From the NCBI GenBank assembly GCA_964016885.1, contig OZ024742.1, positions 205,344,001 through 205,408,000 of the forward strand: a stretch of DNA of 64,000 nt. The letters are read 5' to 3'. The notes beneath the pieces were generated by a model. The model searched no databases, had not been told where the DNA came from, and saw only the letters and a program-made list of their open reading frames with translations. This stretch comes from Eledone cirrhosa. Taxonomy: Eukaryota. Positions 23,228-35,290 of this stretch are shown one piece after another; position 1 is the first letter of the stretch; each line of letters begins with the position of its first letter. The position numbers were made by a program, and so were the translations under genes.

Positions 23228-26200
23228 ATACACTCTACGCAACAGTAACTACATCACCGAGCAACCACCCCCATCCACCACCACCCGCCCATCCCCATAC
23301 GCCCACCACTCTCCACCTCTCCCTCGACTCACACCCCTACCCAATCTCACCCCTCCACCTCACCCCCCCCGCATCCAAACCCCACCACTTGTTGTCACCA
23401 TACCCCTGACCTCCCCCTCTCTGCACCTGAGCGCTCACTCCTTAGTAGAGGCCTTCGCTTCATACCCCACACTCCGCACAGCGACGAGTTCCGCACCCGA
23501 ACGGAAGTCGAGCGATTCGTGCGACGCACTAAGCTACAGGCACATTTCGGCCGAACGTCACCGGCTCCAGACGCCCCAGACCCGTTTCTCGCCCTGGGCC
23601 GACGACCATCTTCTTGGACGCCGGCCCCAGGGCAATTTAGCACCCTGGACGCCTTCGTCGATGCCAGCCGTAGCGCAGTAAATCGTTTCGACTTCCGCCA
23701 CCGTTCCAAACGGTACAATATCTCACGGGGCGAACTCCTCGCTCTCCGCTCCCTCCGTAGCCGAAATGACATCGTCATCAAACCGGCGGACAAGGGAGGC
23801 ACCGTGGTGGTGTGGCGCGCAGACCTCTACACGGCCGAAGCCCTCAGGCAGCTCTGTAACCCCCTCTTCTACCGCCCTCTACCCTCCTATCCCACCCCCT
23901 CTACCAACAACAAGTCTTCTCCACCATCCAAGACCTTATCGCATCCTCCCTCCTCCCCCCACCGCTTCCCACCTCATCGTCCGCACCCCCGCACCCCCAC
24001 CATCTACTTCCTCCCCAAACTCCACAAACCCGACAACCCCGGCCGCCCCATCGTCTCCACTTGCAACTGCCCCACCGAACTCATCTCCGCCTTTCTCGAC
24101 TCCATCCTCGCCCCCCTTGTCACCACCCTCCCCTCCCACATCTCCGACACCAACCACGCCCTGCGCCTTTTCGACTCCTTCACCTACCCACCCGGCCTAC
24201 AGCCCTTCCTCTTCACCCTAGACATCAAGTCCCTCTATGCCGTCATCCCCCACGCCGACGGCCTACGCGCCCTCAAACACTACCTCGACCTTCGCCCCTC
24301 CCCCATTCCCTCCACCCCCACCCTCCTTCGCCTCGCCGAGCTGGTCCTCACCCTCAATTGTTTCTCCTTCTCGGGTGAGTTTTACCAACAGGTCACGGGG
24401 GTAGCCATGGGTACAAGAATGGGCCCGAACTATGCCAACCTTTTTGTTGGCCATGTTGAGGCCCAAATCTTTGCCCAGTACACCGGCCCCACGCCCGAAC
24501 TGTACGGTCGTTACATTGACGACTGTATCGAAGCCACGACCCTCACCCGAGAACAGCTCGACTCCTTTCTCTCCTTCTTCTGCTCCTTCCACCCCCCCCT
24601 CCACTTCACCACCTCTATCTCCACCACCCACGTCCACTTCTTAGACATCTCCGTCGCCTTCGACCCCTCCCACCACTCCCTCGTCACCTCCGCCTTCTTC
24701 AAACCCACCGACTCCCACTCTTACCTCGACTTCACCTCTTCCCACCCCACCCACACTAAACACTCCATTCCCTACTCCCAACTCCTCAGGATCCGCCGCC
24801 TCTGTAGCCGAGATGCTGACTTCGAGTCCCAGGCCCTTTCCCTAGTCAGCCATTTCATCCGCAGAGGTTACCCCCCTCTCTCGTCCACACCGCTCTCACC
24901 CGCGCCCGTGCTGTCCACCGCTCTACCACCCTCACCCCACGCCACCGCACACCCACCCACCGTCTCCCCTTCCCCATCACCTACCACCCCTCCACCGCAC
25001 TCCTCCACCGCACCATCCGCCGCATCTTCCGACGCCTCCAGTCCGACCCCTCCACCTCCCACATCTTCCCAACCCCACTACTCCCCTCCTTCAAACGCGC
25101 ACGCAATCTCCGCACCCACCTCGTCCACAGCTCCCTACCCCCAACCCACGCTCTGTTTCCCCCCCGGTTCCTTTCCCTGCAACACCTGTCCCCACATCAC
25201 CAACACCACCACCTTCCAGGGTCCCAACGGCCACTCTCTCTCTGTCCGGCATGCCTTCCGCTGCACCTCCTCCAACCTAGTCTACGGACTTCGCATAAGT
25301 CACTAACCTCACTAACACCCCCTGACCCCAAGCACACGAACACACGCACCCACTTACACCACCCACCCCACACGCAACTAACATCACTAACACCCCCCAG
25401 CCCCACGCACACGTACCCACACACCCTCGTACACCACCAACTCTACACACCCTACCACCACTAACCCCCACTCACACCTGCATTCAACCCTTCCCCACCT
25501 CCCGTATACTAACACCCACTAACACCCCCTTCATCAAACTACACACACACCAGTACACCACACTCCCTCCATAGAACTACACACACCCTTCTCTCCCCGC
25601 TCCACCCACACCCTCGCTCCACACTCACTCATCCCACTAACACCCCTACTAATACACACACACACCCTCCTCACTCCAACTTTCACACCTACCCATCCTC
25701 GCCCCTTTACCATTCCACCGACTGCTGCTATGCCCTCTGACCACCTCCCAGCACAAACAGACACACAGCACTCCCACCGCTTGACCACTTCCTGTTGCGC
25801 GCGCACCCCACATCTCTCCTCTTCCGACCATCTCTTCATGGAATACTCGTATGTGGAACTTGACCACCACGGAATCTACTAAACATCATAGGAATTTACC
25901 AACATTTCAACCATCCTCTTACCACACACACACCCCAAAAAATTTTTTCTCCCACACGCCACCTACACCCACAACACGCTTAAACCCCACACACACGTGC
26001 TTTCCACCACATATTTACACCCTCAGCCTCCTGATTCCTCTCCCCCCCACCCCTCTATCCACACACGCACAAACACTCCGACCTACAACCCCCCCAAACA
26101 CACCTCTTCCTGAACATGCAACCCCGTTCTTCCCCCAACCCTTACTTTCACTCACATACACACACACACACACACGTACACCTACACACACACCACCTTC

Positions 26201-26327
26201 AGCCCTTCCCGCTCGGACACCCCGTCTCCCTCTCCCCACTCCACCCGCCACCACCCCTACACACCCCACACCCTTCCACCACCTGTTTTACCCCTTTTTA
26301 ATTTCAGTTTATTTTGATCATGCTTTT
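23228..26327 (+). mobile_element. Penelope-like retroelement (Neptune-like), frameshifted, endonuclease disrupted
   Basis: RT motifs IVIKPADKGG, YFLPKLHKPDNPGRPIVS, FTLDIKSLY, GVAMGTRMGPNYANLF, RYIDD and KPTDSHSYLDFTSSHP. Cys linker FPCNTCPHI...FRCTSSNLVYG, then C/A-rich low-complexity DNA. The S/P-rich stretches of ORF 23519-25306 are frameshifted segments. Confidence 0.92.
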
Positions 26328-27283
26328 ACTAGACATGAAAAATGCGCAAGCTCAAAAGTGCCACAGAATGTTATAATAAACCTTCAAAAGTGTGGGACTA
26401 GAGTTGTTGCTAAAAATATTGTAATCATTATATATCGTACATTCTGTGGCATCCTTTATAAAAATAGCTTAAACCAACGAAGCCTTTATTTTTACGCTAT
26501 TTCACTTAGTTAATTCTTAGAGTGTAACATATAAAAATATGATTTACAACTATAAAATAAATTAATTAATATAATAACAGAGCTGCGGAGCTGAAATTTA
26601 GGAAATAATGGAGTATCGGATCCTGAGTTGGAGCCAGTCAATTTTTGGCCGACTCCGCAGCCCTGTATAATACATTTCATATTAAAGTTATTAATAAACC
26701 TATTTTACACTTCATGCAAATTACCACGAGATATTGATATTAGATATAAGATACAGCGCAATATCTACAGCTGTAAAAGTACGAAAGCGAAGTAATAATA
26801 AGTGGCTTAAAGTAATTCCAATATGAAAGTTTGTAGTGATAAAAATTTGATAATGCAATACGATTGTTAATATTATAGTTCTATGAAAATGTAACAATAG
26901 ATAACTAAATTATTTTACTATTAGTATATTTAAGAAATTATCATTATAGATTTGATCGTTCATATAAGCATCATATTAAGTTTCAACACAATTATTTTGT
27001 TACTATGAGTATATGATAATAATATTACGTAATTATTTATAGCTGTTATTACATTAAACATAGATGTATTTATTTTTATATGTTACACTCTAAGAATTAA
27101 CTAAGTGAAATAGCGTAAAAATAAAGGCTTCGTTGGTTTAAGCTATTTTTATAAAGGATGCCACAGAATGTACGATATATAATGATTACAATATTTTTTA
27201 GCAACAACTCTAGTCCCACACTTTTGAAGGTTTATTATAACATTCTGTGGCACTTTTGAGCTTGCGCATTTTTCATGTCTAGT
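26328..27283. mobile_element. MITE/fold-back element with about 210-bp terminal inverted repeats
   Basis: 26328-26539 (actagacatgaaaaatgcgcaag...) is the near-perfect reverse complement of about 27071-27283. Confidence 0.9.
26578..26665. mobile_element. 88-bp hAT-like mini-MITE
   Basis: Termini cagagctgcggag / ctccgcagccctg, flanked by tataataa / tataatac (7 of 8 TSD match). Confidence 0.7.
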
Positions 27284-28397
27284 TTAATATTTTTTTAAGG
27301 CAACGCTTGTAATAACTCTAGTTAAACAGGATATATATTAATAATAAATTATCGATGTAATGTAATTAGATTATGTAATTGTTATTATAAATTATCTTAT
27401 AAATATTAGTGTAAGATGTATAAAAATATTTTCAGACTTTTAATATAAACAACTACAAAAAACAATCAATATTAAATCAATATATTATACATAATAGAAA
27501 ACATAAAATATACAATACAAAAACAAAATATTTACATACAATTGCAATTATCAGTGTATATACATTTTCTTTATATTCCCTGAGCAAATTAATAAGATTT
27601 GTTTTTATTGTACATAATTTGATGACTTGTTGGAGTGTATTAAAAGATAGCAACAATTTGTGATTAAATTGTTATCTTAAGCAACTCACTTTTTAATAGT
27701 TGTTGGCTGAGCGAAATTGTAAAAGCCTATGAGCAAATATAAAAAAAAATACACAAACAACATTTCCTTGTGTTATTACAACATTAGATAAAATAATTGA
27801 GCAATGTCGTTATATTTTGCTCTTATTGCACATTAATAGTGTTTCTATTTTTCGGCACAAATCCATTACGGCAGTCCATTACTGGTACTTTATTTTATCG
27901 AATTAGTAAGTATGAAAGTCGAAGTTAACCTCGGCAGGATTTGAACTTAGAATGCAAAGGACCATAACAATACTGCAAAGCATGGTGTCTGACGCTCTAC
28001 CAATACTTGTGTTGAGCTGGTCATTAATTTATGGTGGTCGTGCGTGGAGTAGAGCAATCGCTAGTTGAAATATTATGAACAAAACATTTTTATTTGCCGA
28101 AGAACATATTTTCAATACTGTTTGTGAATGTGACGAAGGAAATACATTCTGATATGGAACAGTGTACAAAGTGTGTCTGTGAATAACATAATGTTACCTC
28201 ATGTTGTTGTCAAGACATAATGGATTTCGTATATCCAGTTAGAAGATGAAACCTAGCCATCTCGGATTAGTTATATTTCATGCCATGTGTAAACGTGTTT
28301 GAGGATAGCAAAATATGCGCGTTAATTATAATAATTAGTTAATAATATTACAAAATATACCTAATTAAACTCTTTGCTTGAAATTTTATCATTCTTC

Positions 28398-28458
<61 letters not shown>

Positions 28459-30005
28459 TTTATCTAGTCCTTCGCTCAAGATTAATCTATAAGTTTAGAT
28501 GTTTGCCTTCGTTTAAGTAAATATTACAGTAAGATTTTTAATATAAACAACTACAAAAAACAATTAATATTAAAACGAAAAAATTATCAATGATAAAAGA
28601 AGCGGATGCAACTTTTTTTTTTATAAAGTTATATTCCTGTTTCTTTAAAGAACATTTCATTTTTGTTCTATTGTAGGCGAAATAATGCAATGGTTTAATA
28701 GGGAAGATATAACTTACGAATTATGTCTCTAACCGTGTAACGCTTTTTAAGTAGATAACTACAATTGAAAATACTAAAGAAATGGAACCAACAATTCAAT
28801 TTGAAAGTCGTCTAGTGACAGTGTATTACTGGTACTTTATTTTATCGACCCCGTAACGATGAAAGGCAAAAATGCAAATGCTTAAAATTTAAATTGCCTT
28901 AATTCTATCGTCTGCTGTTTCATTAAAGGGAGATTCTCGTCTGTATTTAATTCTATCGTCTACTGTTCCACTAAACAGATAAACCTCCACTATCGTCTCT
29001 ATTTATACATTTTAACTTATAACTTATACACATTTGATTTGAAATATTTTATCTAGTCCCCCCTCTCAATATTATGATGATTTCTTTCGAATGAAACAGT
29101 TCTAGTCCTGTAGAAGCCATTTATATATATAATTGAACTGAGTTAAAAATTCACAATATTTATAATTAAATAAGCTCATATATATATGTGTGTATTTATC
29201 TGTTTATTGTATTATATATAATGTGTGTATATACAGGATGTCCCCCAAAAATATATACACACTTCAACAGCATTCTAATAACTATTGCCTGTACAGGTAA
29301 TCAAAGTGTCAATCGAATGTTAGTTTCGTGTTTTAACAGTACAAATTTACAATACACACATAAAACCAGTGTATATACATACATGAGTGTGTATACACAT
29401 ACATGAATGTGTATATACAATATATATGTATATATATATAGACACATATATTCACGGTGCAACGGTACATTAAAATATAGATGCGGGAGAGGGGGGTGTA
29501 TATATAGGGGCGCTGGGGATAAAGGAGTGTAAAGCGTGTGTAATTGATATATTGAAGGAGAGGAGCGTGCAGCGATAGAGTAACAAATATATAGAGAGGG
29601 GGAGAGATGGTATTGAAGGGGAGGAGTGCAAAGCGAAAGAGTAAGAGATATATATAGAGACGGAACAGATAGAGAGAAACAGGCGTAAGTAACAGTGGAA
29701 GAGATATAGAGAGAGGTACTCTGATTGGTTGAAAATTAGCCAATGACATACGATCACCACCACCACGGCTATCCCCGAAAATTTTTTAAAGAAGCTAGGC
29801 ATATATGTTAGAACACGAAAAGTGAACATTCTGTTGTTTCACACTTTTCGTGTTCTAACAGATATTTAATTTTATTTCATTCCTTGTATTTTGATCATGC
29901 TTTATTTTTATTTTTATTTTTAATTTCATTCACACCGTTTCCTTTCGCTATATGTCTCTCCACCACTCCCCTACACACCCTTTGAACTCTGTTCCCACAC
30001 ACTTC

Positions 30006-30040
30006 TCACCTGAGGAAGGGCTTATGCCCGAAACGTCGTT
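30006..30040 (+). ncRNA. Minimal hammerhead core in a Penelope-type 3' tail
   Basis: CUGAGGA-A-GGGC-UUAU-GCCC-GAAAC-GUC, with weak stem I. Followed by aataaa (about 30076) and (TA)n. Confidence 0.6.
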
Positions 30041-30207
30041 CCCCACCACCACCCCACTCTCCAGAGCGTGAAATTAATAAACATTCGTTGTACTGCCTCT
30101 CTGTTTTGTTCCTGTTCAAATTTTTCCATTATATATATATATTATTAAGTGTTTCCGTAGGAAAGGTAAAGGAAAGGAGAGTGCTCTATGTAAGCTACAT
30201 AGCTATT

Positions 30208-30422
30208 TAGTTATGTAATAAACAACACAAGACAATTATTCCATTTACCAAAGGTTTCATGAAGACTGACATCTGAAATCGCTCATCAGAATGAAATTTT
30301 AATTGAAGTGAAGTCTTAATAAAATTTCCTTCTGATAAGCGATTTCAGACGTCTGTGTCGAGCTCTTCTGTCCTCGTGAAACCTTTGGTAAATGAAATAA
30401 TTGTCTTGTGTTGTTTATTACA

Positions 30423-30428
<6 letters not shown>
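30208..30428. mobile_element. Fold-back insert with two divergent hammerhead motifs
   Basis: Minus 30238-30297: AUUUCAUU-CUGAUGA...GAAAC-CUUUG-GUA|AAUGGAAU. Plus 30324-30398: AUUUCCUU-CUGAUAA-GCGA...UCGU-GAAAC-CUUUG-GUA|AAUGAAAU. Confidence 0.75.
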
Positions 30429-30472
<44 letters not shown>

Positions 30473-30709
30473 GTAGTTTAGAAAGCCACAACAATGCAGA
30501 TGGGAAATCTCGAGGTAGGAAGTGAGTGAGAAATAGAAGAAAAGTGAAAAATGAGAGAAACGAAAACAAAACAAAGGTAGAAGGGTTACCATAGTGGAGA
30601 TTTAATCCCAATATTTCGGGCTCATGCCCATTAACGGGGGGAAAGTTCCCAAAGGGGGGGGGGGGCAGGCTAAGCCGGAGAAAGTTGTTGTATTGTCGTT
30701 AAAACATAG

Positions 30710-30766
<57 letters not shown>

Positions 30767-30771
30767 GCTTG

Positions 30772-31416
30772 AAGCTTGAAACTAGTACAGCGTTCCTTTG
30801 TCAGTGTTGAACAAACGAGCAACGGTGGTTGTTAGACACTACGGCTTAATACGGGATGTTTGTTTACAAACACACCGAGTATTATAATAAATGTTCGGTG
30901 AATCCATACGTGCATATATATATATATGTATGCATGTATGTATATATATATACATACTACTGTACGTCTGTATACATATATGTATGTACGTGTACATACT
31001 TATATTTAAGTAACAGCCGTACTCAGAGTGGGAAATGAAATATCGTTTCATTTTTTCCGTTTATCGTTTTCGTTGCACCCGGCCGATTAACCCACTCGAT
31101 ATGCAAATTGGGCTACTCAGCCGTTAATATGCATAAGGTAAGTATATACGTTCAACAATCTGGCAGGAAGGTATACGTTGCTGACGATAGCTAACAAGCT
31201 TGAAACTAGTACAGCGTTCCTTTGTCAGTGTTGAACAAACGAGCAACGGTGGTTGCTAGACACTACGGCTTAATACGGGATGTTTGTTTACAAACACACC
31301 GAGCATTATAATAAAAGTTCGGTGAATCCATACGTGCATATATATATGTGTGCATATATGTATATATATATACATACTACTGTACGTCTGTATACATATA
31401 TGTATGTACGTGTACA

Positions 31417-31420
<4 letters not shown>
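30772..31420 (+). mobile_element. 424-bp tandem unit (about 1.5 copies) with a hammerhead at the unit junction
   Basis: aagcttgaaactagtacagcgttcc at 30772 and 31196. (TA)n lies on both sides. Confidence 0.85.
31175..31217 (+). ncRNA. Minimal type I hammerhead ribozyme
   Basis: ACGUUG-CUGACGA-U-AGCU-AACA-AGCU-U-GAAAC-UA-GUA|CAGCGU, with palindromic ACUAGU. Predicted cleavage after 31211. Confidence 0.8.
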
Positions 31421-31479
<59 letters not shown>

Positions 31480-31481
<2 letters not shown>

Positions 31482-32010
31482 TAGCTGACTTACCTAGCTT
31501 TGGCCGGGTAAACAGATAATAAGAGAAGACAGGTCGAAAAGAAAACGACTGTATTGGATGCGTTGTCTGGTTTACAATATGAGGCAAGACCGTTGTGTAT
31601 GGGTCTGACAAAAAAAGTAAAACATCTTCCAGATACACCAGATTCTTCGTTTTACCGCCCGTGCATAGTATATGAAGATTTCTCGTGAACAACCTACATA
31701 TAACTGTCCATGAGTAAAAAGCGATTCTCTTGTATTCAATTCTACAATTTTGAAACTCTAAGTCTGAGCTTTATGTGCGGTTATAGCAAGACTGGATCTA
31801 ACAAGAAACTGAAGTCTTGAGAATTTGAATGGCAGCTCGGTTGAGGAAGGGATAAGAGGAATCTTGGGAAAAAATGCATTTTTTTCCTTGATGATTGCCT
31901 CCTTCATCTTCCGCCTGACTGTAAGGCGTGTGTCAATCATAGACGCTGTTGGTTCACGTTTCTCAAAAGGATGGTGGAAGTTCCAATCTTTTATATTGTA
32001 TGTAGATATA
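31480..32010 (-). mobile_element. Helitron fragment (Pif1-like helicase C-terminus and terminus)
   Basis: PKIPLIPSSTELPFKFSRLQFLVRSSLAITAHKAQ, then FTHGQL and KTKNLVY. The minus strand ends in a small GC-rich imperfect hairpin (acccggccaaagctaggt) followed by CTAG(T). Confidence 0.8.
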
Positions 32011-32316
32011 GATAATTATATATAACTGTGTGTGCGTGTGTGTAAACCAGCGTTCAAATCGGAGGCGCTGGCCGCGAAACACAACCACTGACAACGAACG
32101 CGCAGAGAGAATCCCTTATGGTTGATTCCCAACCTGCTAGAAATAGCAGTCAGGTTGATTAGCATACCCGGGATGTTTTTATTCTTTGATGTTATAAAAT
32201 TAGTATCAATAAACCCTCCTGGGTATACCCTTATTTCATTGCAGTACTTACTTTTCAATTTTGTGTGATGTGCGAAGGAACTAACCAACAAACATATCTC
32301 TTTTATATTATATATA

Positions 32317-33578
32317 CGAGAGAGCTTCAAAAAGTTTGTGGGAAAAGGACAGTTGGAAAAAACGGTTTAAGTTATGATGTTTATTTTTCAACATATGCTC
32401 CATCTAGGCCAATACACTTTTGCAAGAATTGATACCAGGCTTTAAGTCCATCTATGTAAAACTGAGCGCCATGCGATTTAAACAGCCTTTAAGTCCATCT
32501 GTGTAAAACTGGGGGCCATGCGATTTAAACCATGTCGAAGCATTTTTTTTACAACTTCAACTGATGGAAAATGGGTACTTTTCAATGATTTTTCAGGTTT
32601 GGAAACAAAATGAAGTCGGATGGGCTAAATCGGGATTGTAAGGTAGGTGTCGGATGATTTCCCATTGAAATTCTGCCACGTCTGCCTAGTGCCGTGAGCG
32701 GGCACATTGTCGTGGTGGAAGAAGACGCACCGATGAAGCTTTCTTGGCCAGTTTTCTCAAAACACCTTCATCATATGCAACTGTAATTATTCTCTGGTTC
32801 TTGAGGAAGTCTACCAACTACATCCCAGAAGACAGTGGCCTCCGTTTTGCTTTGACTGCCTCACTTCCTCCCCTGGGCAGCCACTGCATAAATTGAGTTT
32901 TGGCCTCGGGATCGTACTGATAGAACCACGTTTCATCCCCGGTAACAATTCTCTGCAGAAAAGCTTCAGGATCTTCATGCCACTTGTTCAAAATTTCCAT
33001 CGAAAGATCTGCCCTTGTTTGCTGATGATCTGGACACAGCAGCTTTGGGACCCATAGAGCGGAAAGCTTGTTCAGCCCCAAACTCTCCCCCGGAATTACG
33101 TGTGCAGAACACAGAGATCTTGAATGTGTCGGCTATTGATTCAGTAGTTATTCACCTATCCTTTTCAGATCGCGACCAGCAGCGATGTTTTCCACACAGA
33201 CTGACATGGATGGCTTGCCACTGCGGGGATCGTCTTCAACCTCATCTCTACAACTTCTAAAACAACTTATCCATTTGTAGGTTGCTGATTTCTTTGGGTC
33301 GTTGCCCCCATAAATTTGCTCCAGAGCCTCAATGATTTGGCTCCTCTTCCAACCTAGCTTCATCATGAATTTGGTGTTTGTCCTCGCCTCAATTTTGATG
33401 GAGGCCATGCTGCTCGAGCGGGTGCTGACAGCACCGCGTTGCAACATGCATTTAAGGGTTCATGTTAGAATATGTTATGACACGTTAATACGAGAACATA
33501 CAGGTGCATTGAGATCAAAATCCCTGCATATGACTTTTAGCTATGTACTTTTTCCTCAAACGTTTTGAAGCCCGTTCG
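32317..33578 (-). mobile_element. Full-length decayed mariner transposon
   Basis: TIRs cgagagagcttcaaaaagtttg / caaacgttttgaagcccgttcg with flanking TA. Motifs WVPKLL and RIVTGDETWFYQYDPE, plus HPPYNPDLA near 32625-32651. Confidence 0.92.
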
Positions 33579-33799
33579 TAGATATATAATAACGGCCATC
33601 TCTTCAACGAGTTCCCTGCTCTTATGAATCACCGCCAACTGCAGACTGCTAGCCAGTTTGATGATTGAACAGGCTTTGTTTAGGTCACCTTTGTACACTC
33701 TTGAGCAGTGCGTCCCCAAAAAGGGCTGCTCAGATGCTGAAGACTCAGCCGAAGTATGTTGCTGTTCAGGTTAACAGTGCAGCGACGTTAAGATAAAAC

Positions 33800-34392
33800 T
33801 CGAGCCGTCTACGTGTAGATTTGTCACTATGTGATTTTAACCGCTCGAATCTGCACACGTTTACACTCTTCCACCGCTGTGGGACTTGTGAAGAAATGTC
33901 TCCACATAAAGATGGCAATGCTACGTGCTTATGCTGCATACATATTCATACTCCATTCCCGCAGCTATGTGTCCTGTGGCAAGCCAAGACTGTTACGAGG
34001 ATCGCATGTGTTTAACCTCTCCAGGGTGTGTAGCCGTACATTAGGTTGTAACGCTCCAGCTTTATCAACAGTGCAAAGGTGGGCAGCTGAATTTAGGGGG
34101 ATGGGGTGGGGTGTCTTGAAGATGACCGAAAGTTTGGACGTCCTACAATTGCAACCACTTCAGAAAATATTGATCGTGTTCACCACATGGTGATGGATGA
34201 AAAACAATTGGCTGGGATCGCAGTGATGACGTCATCATATCAGCTGTTGAGGACTTTTTAACCAACAGGATGAAAGTTTCTTCACCAATGGGATCCAAGC
34301 ACCACAACACTGATGGAAGAAATGTGTGGACCGCAAGGGGGACTATGCTGAAAAGTAAACCCCATTTGGTCACATTCCAGCCGATCTTCGTA
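33800..34392 (+). mobile_element. Internally deleted mariner derivative
   Basis: APALSTVQRWAAEF, then in a shifted frame EDDRKFGRP...TSENIDRVHHMV. The tail KCVDRKGDYAEK* is typical of mariner C-termini. Boundaries are approximate. Confidence 0.7.
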
Positions 34393-34509
34393 CATATATA
34401 TTAGACTTTCGTATTTCTAAAGAAATACGGTATGTTTACAGGTAAACATCTAGAAAGCCGTAGCTCTAACTAAACCTCTGGTGATGTCTAGCAGAGGCAA
34501 GGGGGGACA

Positions 34510-34553
34510 ATCGTCGATGCATTTCGAACTTAACTGATTCTCATCAGGACGAT
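34510..34553 (-). ncRNA. Minimal type I hammerhead ribozyme
   Basis: Minus strand: AUCGUC-CUGAUGA-GAAU-CAGUUAA-GUUC-GAAA-UGC-AUC|GACGAU. Canonical core, perfect 6-bp stem I, palindromic AUGCAU. Confidence 0.85.
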
Positions 34554-34582
34554 CCCTCCCACACTTGCGACTGCTGGACTTG

Positions 34583-34806
34583 AACCTAACTCTAACCCTG
34601 ACTCTAACCATAACCCTTACCCTAACCCTAACCTTAAACCGTAACCGTAACCGTAACCGTAACCCGAACCCTGACCCTGACCCTAAGCCTAAATCTAACC
34701 CAAACCCTAATCTTAACCCTATCCCTAACACGAACCCTAACCCTAACCCAACCTTAACCCGATCCCTAACTTCAACCCTAAGCCGAACCCTTACCCTAAC
34801 CCTAAC
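34583..34806. repeat. Degenerate interstitial telomere-like (AACCCT)n tract
   Basis: About 37 hexamers such as aaccct, aaccgt, gaccct and aacctt. Confidence 0.9.
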
Positions 34807-35290
34807 TCGAGGCGAGAATTTGATGCTAATTCATATGGAGAGGGGGGTTGGAAGAGATTTGCGTATATTAGATATACTTTTTTGGTAATGTGAAGCCCAG
34901 CTTCTCAAGATTTGTAATGAGGCAGTTAATAACATATCCAAGAGTCCTTATTATCACAGGTACAAATATTAACATATAGTAAAGGCGTAGTATCTGCAGA
35001 TTCCTCATTAGTTCAGTATAACTGTCCTCCTTTTCACCAATCTTTAACATTATATTGACATCAGTTTACTCTGCATGCCTTCTTTTCTCTCTCCCATATC
35101 ACTATATTTGGTCTGTTATGTTTGCATTTATTGGGGTTTTGACTGAAACATTTCAACAGTACACTTTCAAGTATGCCTATGTCATCCACATAACATCACT
35201 ATGTATGTATGTATGTATGTATGTATGTATGTATGTATGTATGTATGTATGTATGTATGTATGTATGTATGTATGTATGTATGTATGTAT

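Noticed and set aside
30600-30645. Very degenerate HHR-like motifs on the minus strand (also about 19880-19917)
   Set aside because: A stem II and GAAA are present, but the CUGANGA box or stem I is mutated. Not counted as ribozymes.
34565-34888. 107-aa LTLT/NPNP ORF, or a true telomere
   Set aside because: Translation of a short degenerate interstitial hexamer tract.
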